The translations under genes and the position numbers were made by a program. From a virus (lineage: Duplodnaviria > Heunggongvirae > Uroviricota > Caudoviricetes), in IMG/VR virus record IMGVR_UViG_2778261165_000018, positions 1-11,868 of that record: 11,868 nt of DNA. One strand, 5' to 3'. Below, piece after piece: positions 7,615-11,868 of this stretch (the stretch's first letter is position 1; each line of letters opens with the position of its first letter). The notes beneath the pieces were generated by a model that was not told where the DNA came from, made no database searches, and was given only the letters and a program-made list of their open reading frames with translations.

Positions 7615-7798
7615 TTGCTTCTGTAGCGGCATGAACAACTGTTTTTGCCGCCTCTTCAACTTCCTTGTCTGGACGACCAGCCTTTACTTTTTCTGCAATG
7701 ACCTCCAGCACAGTTGGAAGAACCTTGCTAATAAGCATGGCTGCCACATCTTTGCTGCACAATTGACCGTTAATAACAACCAGATCTTCACCAACCAT
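7580..7798 (-). CDS. Hypothetical 72 aa protein (possibly the intact form of the short ydaF/ydaG genes of K-12 Rac)
   Basis: ATG at 7798 with strong RBS AAGGGG 7 nt upstream. The track ORF extends to a TTG at 7855 without an RBS. Its 3' end overlaps the convergent 64 aa gene by 35 nt. Confidence 0.5.
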   Translation of the reverse strand: MVGEDLVVINGQLCSKDVAAMLISKVLPTVLEVIAEKVKAGRPDKEVEEAAKTVVHAATEAIILKSLVSPKP

Positions 7799-7977
7799 CT
7801 TTTTTCCCCTTAACGCCGGGTGGCGGAACGTTTTATCTACTGCGCTTTGTATCAATCAACAACTGCCGTCATGTTCGTATGCCTCAGGCTGGCTACTTAG
7901 CCCTGTTCAGTGGCTGGATAACTCGAGGTATTGTCCTGCCGTTCTCTGGTGGGGCGTTGTTTGGATATGACAAATGC

Positions 7978-7990
7978 TCACATATCGTGA
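7978..7990 (-). promoter_or_regulatory. Isolated operator-like site TCACGATATGTGA (read on the minus strand)
   Basis: Exact match to the TCACG-N3-TGTGA motif found three times in the racR/ydaS intergenic region. A perfect TTGACA lies on the minus strand at 8003-7998. Confidence 0.4.
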
Positions 7991-8043
7991 GTGATTTGTC
8001 AACTCAATATGTGAGCAATGTTGTTTTTGGATTTTTGATGGAC

Positions 8044-8076
8044 AAAAAAAGCCCTCGCTAATAGCGAGAGCTTTTT
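8044..8076. terminator. Bidirectional intrinsic terminator downstream of the repressor gene
   Basis: A7 (8044-8050), hairpin GCCCTCGCT/AGCGAGAGC (8051-8071), then TTTTT (8072-8076). Has terminator form in both orientations. Confidence 0.6.
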
Positions 8077-8102
8077 GATTGGAATCGAGGGAGATTAAAG
8101 GT

Positions 8103-8492
8103 TTAGGAGGATTTTTTCTGTTGCCTGCTTCTTAGATATTTTTCCACATACTCATCAAGCTCTTGAAGACGGATTTCGAACAGATCAATCATGCGTGCTT
8201 GTTCTGATCCCGGGAGCTGATTAAACAGCTCTAGCATTTTTTTCTGGTTATCATTTAACCATGAGTACGTGTTTTCCTGTTCACCGAACATTAATTCTGC
8301 GGGGGAAATGCCTAGTACTTGGCCGAGGATGATCGCATCCTCAGCCCCCACACTCCTGGTGCCAGCTTCGTAGTTAGCAATACGAGAAGAACCTGACCAA
8401 CCACATAGTTTTGCCAGGTTTCCCATACTTAATCCTCGATTTAGGCGAGTGGCTTTTAGGCGCTCGCCTATTTGTTCTGCAATCGTTTTCAT
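8103..8492 (-). CDS. racR: Prophage repressor, XRE/Cro-C1 family HTH (RacR-like), 129 aa from the ATG
   Basis: HTH signature LSMGNLAKLCGWSGSSRIANYEAG. Divergent from the cro-like ydaS across an operator-bearing intergenic region. Start taken at MKTIAEQ (8492); the track ORF extends upstream from a TTG. Confidence 0.75.
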   Translation of the reverse strand: MKTIAEQIGERLKATRLNRGLSMGNLAKLCGWSGSSRIANYEAGTRSVGAEDAIILGQVLGISPAELMFGEQENTYSWLNDNQKKMLELFNQLPGSEQARMIDLFEIRLQELDEYVEKYLRSRQQKKSS

Positions 8493-8505
8493 AGTTCCGA
8501 TTTTA

Positions 8506-8567
8506 TCACGATGTGTGAAATTGGCGGTACTCACGTATCTGTAGTTGATCTCACTCACGAAATGTGA
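8506..8567. promoter_or_regulatory. Three-site operator array (OR-like) between racR and ydaS
   Basis: TCACGATGTGTGA (8506-8518), TCACGTATCTGTA (8531-8543), TCACGAAATGTGA (8555-8567). Near-palindromic 13-mers spaced 25 and 24 bp centre to centre. Confidence 0.55.
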
Positions 8568-8572
8568 ATAAT
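8545..8572 (+). promoter_or_regulatory. Candidate rightward promoter for ydaS (pR-like)
   Basis: -35 TTGATC (8545-8550), 16 nt spacer, -10 AATAAT (8567-8572). Operator site 3 overlaps the spacer and -10. Confidence 0.35.
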
Positions 8573-8586
8573 AGAAACAGGAGGTA

Positions 8587-8832
8587 ATGATGAACAAAAT
8601 TTCAACATATCGAAAACAGCTTGGGCTGTCTCAAAGACAACTTGCTGTTCAGTTAGGGTGGATACAAAGCCGACTGGCAAATTACGAAGCAAATTTTCGT
8701 ACCCCTGGGCTAGAGGAGTGCAGAAAAATTGTTTCTACCCTTAATCGGCTTGGTGCTCATTGTGGACTTGACGATGTATTCCCCCCAGACGGTAAGCATA
8801 GCGAAAACAGCATAGGAGCGGTTGATTCATGA
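8587..8832 (+). CDS. ydaS: Cro-like HTH regulator YdaS
   Basis: HTH region LSQRQLAVQLGWIQSRLANYE. RBS GAGG fits the second ATG at 8590 better. Stop overlaps the ydaT start (ATGA at 8829-8832). Confidence 0.8.
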   Translation: MMNKISTYRKQLGLSQRQLAVQLGWIQSRLANYEANFRTPGLEECRKIVSTLNRLGAHCGLDDVFPPDGKHSENSIGAVDS

Positions 8833-9251
8833 AAATCAGGCATGAGCACATCGAATCAGTGTTGTTAGCCCTGGCAGCCGAAAAAGGGCAGGCGTGGGTC
8901 GCTAACGCAATTACTGAAGAATATCTGCGCCAGGGGGGCGGCGAATTGCCCCTTGTACCAGGCAAGGACTGGAACAATCAGCAGAATATCTATCACCGTT
9001 GGTTGAAAGGTGAAACGAAAGCGCAAAGGGAAAAAATTCAGAAACTCATCCCTGCGGTTCTGGCAATTCTTCCGCGCGAGCTGCGTCACCGACTCTGCAT
9101 CTTCGATACCCTGGAACGCCGTGCATTACTGGCGGCGCAGGAAGCGTTGAGTACGGCAATTGATGCGCATGATGATGCAGTACAGGCCGTTTACCGGAAA
9201 GCACATTTCAGCGGTGGTGGGTCGCCCGGCGATTCTGTCGTAGTGCATTGA
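8829..9251 (+). CDS. ydaT: YdaT-like protein (reported toxic partner of YdaS in Rac), 140 aa
   Basis: MKIRHEHIESVLLALAAEKGQAWVANAITEEY... matches recalled K-12 YdaT in length and sequence. Translationally coupled to ydaS. Confidence 0.8.
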   Translation: MKIRHEHIESVLLALAAEKGQAWVANAITEEYLRQGGGELPLVPGKDWNNQQNIYHRWLKGETKAQREKIQKLIPAVLAILPRELRHRLCIFDTLERRALLAAQEALSTAIDAHDDAVQAVYRKAHFSGGGSPGDSVVVH

Positions 9252-9296
9252 TTGAAATTAATCGTGCCGGATTGTTTTGTTCGGTATCAGTTAAAT

Positions 9297-9714
9297 GTAA
9301 CGCTGCGAGCGTTACAAGGTGAAAACAAATGGCTTCAAACTGGATAAAGCTCGAGGTTATTACGCCGGATAAGCCGGAAATATTCAGGCTTGCTGAGATT
9401 CTGAATATTGATCCAGATGCCGCATTAGGGAAGGTTATTCGCTTCTGGGCATGGGCGGATCAACAAATGATAGACGGTAATGCAGATTGTAACGCTCGCG
9501 GCGTTACAAAAAGTGCAATAGATCGCATCACTTTTATGGCTGGTTTTGCTGATGCGTTAATTCAGGTTGGATGGCTGGTCGAAAATGACGTTGGGCTTTC
9601 TCTACCTAACTTTGAACGTCATAACGGAAAAAGCTCTAAAAAACGGGCGGTTACAAACGAGCGAGTTACAAAAATACGCGAACTGAAACGAAAAGGTAAC
9701 GCTGCCAGCGTTAC
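9297..9714. repeat. Iteron-like 19-bp palindromes GTAACGCT-N3-AGCGTTAC (three good copies and one degenerate)
   Basis: GTAACGCTGCGAGCGTTAC (9297-9315, just upstream of the ydaU-like start), GTAACGCTCGCGGCGTTAC (9489-9507), degenerate GTTACAAACGAGCGAGTTACA (9650-9670), GTAACGCTGCCAGCGTTAC (9696-9714). An acidic linker with (GAGGAA)3 and an AT-rich patch follow at 9736-9775. Confidence 0.5.
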
Positions 9715-10117
9715 ACAAACGGATCAAAAAGCGTTACCAGAGGAAGAGGAAGAGGAAGATATAAATACTGATCTCCCCCTAAATCCCCCTCGTCAAAAAC
9801 GAGCGTCTAAAAAATTCGAGCCGGAGGCTATTGAGCTGCCCGATTGGTTGCCGGAAACACTCTGGCATGAGTGGGTCCGGTTCAGACAGGCATTGCGAAA
9901 ACCGATTCGAACGGAGCAGGGCGCTAACGGGGCGATACGGGAACTGGAAAAATTCCGTCAGCAGGGTTTTACACCTGAGCAGGTGATTCGACACAGCATC
10001 GCCAATGAATACCAGGGCCTGTTCGCGCCGAAAGGTGTTCGGCCTGAGACGTTGCTCCGACAGGTTAACACCGTCTCGTTGCCGGACAGTGCGATCCCGC
10101 CAGGCTTCAGGGGGTAA
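9329..10117 (+). CDS. ydaU: Phage replication initiation protein (YdaU-like, lambda O analogue), 262 aa
   Basis: RBS AGGTGA 6 nt upstream of the ATG. Lies immediately upstream of the DnaC-like loader, contains the palindromic repeats and a central acidic linker (EEEEEED). Family assignment is from memory. Confidence 0.7.
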   Translation: MASNWIKLEVITPDKPEIFRLAEILNIDPDAALGKVIRFWAWADQQMIDGNADCNARGVTKSAIDRITFMAGFADALIQVGWLVENDVGLSLPNFERHNGKSSKKRAVTNERVTKIRELKRKGNAASVTQTDQKALPEEEEEEDINTDLPLNPPRQKRASKKFEPEAIELPDWLPETLWHEWVRFRQALRKPIRTEQGANGAIRELEKFRQQGFTPEQVIRHSIANEYQGLFAPKGVRPETLLRQVNTVSLPDSAIPPGFRG

Positions 10118-10123
10118 CGGACC

Positions 10124-10870
10124 ATGAAAAATATTGCGACAGGCGGCGTTCTGGAACGCATCCGCCGACTGACCCCGCCACATGTAACCGCCCCATTCAG
10201 AACGGTAGCGGAGTGGCGCGAGTGGCAACTTGCTGAAGGCCAGAAACGTAGCGAGGAGATCAACCGCCTGAATCGCCAGTTGCGGGTGGAAAAAATTCTG
10301 AATCGCTCAGGCATCCAGCCGTTGCACCGTAAATGCTCGTTTGCGAATTACCAGGTGCAGAACGACGGCCAGCGATACGCGTTAAGCCAGGCGAAATCCA
10401 TCACCGATGAACTGATGACCGGGTGTACAAATTTTGCGTTCAGCGGAAAACCTGGTACCGGGAAGAATCACTTAGCGGCAGCTATCGGGAATCGCCTGCT
10501 GAAAGACGGTCAGACAGTGATTGTGGTTACCGTGGCTGATGTTATGAGCGCCCTGCACGCCAGCTATGACGACGGGCAGTCAGGCGAAAAATTTTTGCGG
10601 GAGCTGTGCGAAGTGGATCTGCTGGTTCTTGATGAAATTGGCATTCAGCGCGAGACAAAAAACGAGCAGGTGGTGCTGCACCAGATTGTTGATCGCCGGA
10701 CAGCGTCGATGCGCAGCGTGGGGATGCTGACAAACCTGAACTATGAGGCCATGAAAACATTGCTCGGCGAGCGGATTATGGATCGCATGACCATGAACGG
10801 CGGGCGATGGGTGAATTTTAACTGGGAGAGCTGGCGTCCGAATGTCGTCCAGCCAGGAATTGCGAAGTGA
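10124..10870 (+). CDS. ydaV: DnaC-like replicative helicase loader (AAA+ ATPase, IstB-like), 248 aa
   Basis: Walker [14 protein letters not shown] and Walker [10 protein letters not shown]. Length and sequence match recalled K-12 YdaV. Confidence 0.9.
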   Translation: MKNIATGGVLERIRRLTPPHVTAPFRTVAEWREWQLAEGQKRSEEINRLNRQLRVEKILNRSGIQPLHRKCSFANYQVQNDGQRYALSQAKSITDELMTGCTNFAFSGKPGTGKNHLAAAIGNRLLKDGQTVIVVTVADVMSALHASYDDGQSGEKFLRELCEVDLLVLDEIGIQRETKNEQVVLHQIVDRRTASMRSVGMLTNLNYEAMKTLLGERIMDRMTMNGGRWVNFNWESWRPNVVQPGIAK

Positions 10871-10892
10871 TTTTTACCGGGAGGAAATTTTA

Positions 10893-11645
10893 ATGGAAAC
10901 TGTATTTGACGCACTGAAAGCAATGGGAAAAGCCACGTCGGTAGAACTGGCTGCGCGACTTGATATCAGTCGTGAAGAGGCTGTCAACGAGCTGTGGGAA
11001 CTCAAAAGAAATGGCGTTGTTGATAAAACTGGTCACACCTGGTCTCTGGCTGGCGAAGGTGAATCCCGGGTAACCGAAGAGCGGCCAGTAAAATCTGAAG
11101 CACAGGATATGCTGACCGGGGAGGTCGAACAAAAAGTTACCGCAGACATGATGATTGAGTTTATCGGTCAGGATGGGGCTAAAACGTGTGAGGAACTGGC
11201 GGGTAAGTTCGGTGTCAGTACTCGCAAGGTTGCTTCCACGCTGGCGGTGGTAACCGCAACGGGGCGGCTGGCACGCGTTAATCAGAACGGTAAATTTCGT
11301 TACTGCATGCCGGGCGATAATTTACCAGCAGAGCCGAAAGCCGCGCTGGTAACGGAAAGTGATGGTAAGGCCTTTCCTCAACCAGCAGGTGTTGCGTTAC
11401 CGGGACAGGAAGCTGCAACACAGGAAGATATTAAAACAGAAACTGTGGCAGACATTGTGCAGCCGCTTGAGAAGCGAGTGGATAATCTGGTTCTGCCATC
11501 GCTGCGACAGGCAAACCGCGAACTGCGTCGGGCGAAAAGTGATATCCGGAAATGGGAGCGAGTCTGTGTCGCGCTGCGGGAGCTGAATAAATATCGCGAT
11601 ATTGTCGCCCAGCTTTGCCAGGAGGCAACCAGTGAGCAAAATTAA
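10893..11645 (+). CDS. Hypothetical prophage protein with two winged-helix-like segments and a C-terminal helical region (YdaW-like), 250 aa
   Basis: Start chosen at the ATG at 10893 (RBS GGGAGG about 9 nt upstream) rather than the track start at 10842, which overlaps ydaV. Two helix-turn-helix-like stretches (around [26 protein letters not shown] and [21 protein letters not shown]). Confidence 0.6.
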   Translation: METVFDALKAMGKATSVELAARLDISREEAVNELWELKRNGVVDKTGHTWSLAGEGESRVTEERPVKSEAQDMLTGEVEQKVTADMMIEFIGQDGAKTCEELAGKFGVSTRKVASTLAVVTATGRLARVNQNGKFRYCMPGDNLPAEPKAALVTESDGKAFPQPAGVALPGQEAATQEDIKTETVADIVQPLEKRVDNLVLPSLRQANRELRRAKSDIRKWERVCVALRELNKYRDIVAQLCQEATSEQN

Positions 11646-11868
11646 CTATCAGGCACTACGTGAGATAGCAAAACAGGCAACACAGGGCGAATGGGTCGCG
11701 TTTATTTCGACGGGTACAGGTACGTATGCTGTGCATACGCCCGGTGATAAACGATGTGAAGATGTTATCAAATGGACCGGCTTTGATGGACTGAAAAACG
11801 CAGAGAACAACGCTCGTTATATTGCCGCATTCAACCCAAAGGTTGCACTGGAGCTACTTGGTGAAATT
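11632..11868 (+). CDS. Hypothetical prophage protein, 5' partial (runs off the window end)
   Basis: GTG at 11632 preceded by GGAGG (11621-11625) at 6 nt. Open frame to the window end ([28 protein letters not shown]...). Overlaps the upstream gene's stop by 14 nt. Confidence 0.5.
   Translation, partial: MSKINYQALREIAKQATQGEWVAFISTGTGTYAVHTPGDKRCEDVIKWTGFDGLKNAENNARYIAAFNPKVALELLGEI

Larger units (their letters stand above)
586..11868. mobile_element. Rac-like lambdoid prophage, left arm from attL through the replication module; continues beyond the window
   Basis: Contiguous int, xis, ralR, recT, recE, racC, ydaE, kilR, repressor/cro-like pair, ydaT and replication genes in lambdoid order. 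Left boundary is inferred from the sRNA terminator and core-like repeats. Confidence 0.8.

Noticed and set aside
7580-7855. Extended track ORFs starting at TTG (7580-7855, 8103-8597) or at an upstream ATG without an RBS (2164-2424, 2596-3462)
   Set aside because: Each has an internal ATG with a properly spaced Shine-Dalgarno or promoter and a length matching the recalled homologue; the upstream extensions have no RBS.
9779-10314. Minus-strand ORFs of 149 and 118 aa overlapping ydaU-like and ydaV
   Set aside because: They are antisense to two well-supported genes, Arg/Ser/Pro-rich and without RBS.
1-11868. tRNA, CRISPR array or IS element as integration target or cargo
   Set aside because: I found no cloverleaf-compatible region near the junction, no regularly spaced direct repeats with unique spacers, and no transposase-like ORF or terminal inverted repeats.

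Overview
This window looks like the left arm of a Rac-like lambdoid prophage in an Escherichia/enterobacterial chromosome, read from the host junction inward. Order: a host yebY-like gene (+) with its terminator, then a candidate SdsR/RyeB small RNA with a sigma-S type promoter, then the candidate attL, then a long leftward (minus-strand) operon: lambda-type integrase, excisionase, ydaC-like, ralR/lar, recT, recE, racC, ydaE, kilR. After a roughly 500 bp ORF-free structured region come two small convergent genes, a racR-like repressor divergent from ydaS (cro-like), and then ydaT, a ydaU-like replication initiator, a DnaC-like loader (ydaV), a ydaW-like gene and a partial gene running off the 3' end. 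Gene names come from my recollection of the E. coli K-12 Rac proteins and from reading motifs directly; no database search was run. No tRNA, rRNA, CRISPR array or transposase was seen. The most interesting signals are the prophage junction inside an sRNA locus with a duplicated core-like 17-mer, a three-site operator array with a fourth copy on the far side of the repressor gene, 19-bp palindromic iteron-like repeats around the replication gene, and the uncharacterised material in the slot where K-12 Rac has sieB.
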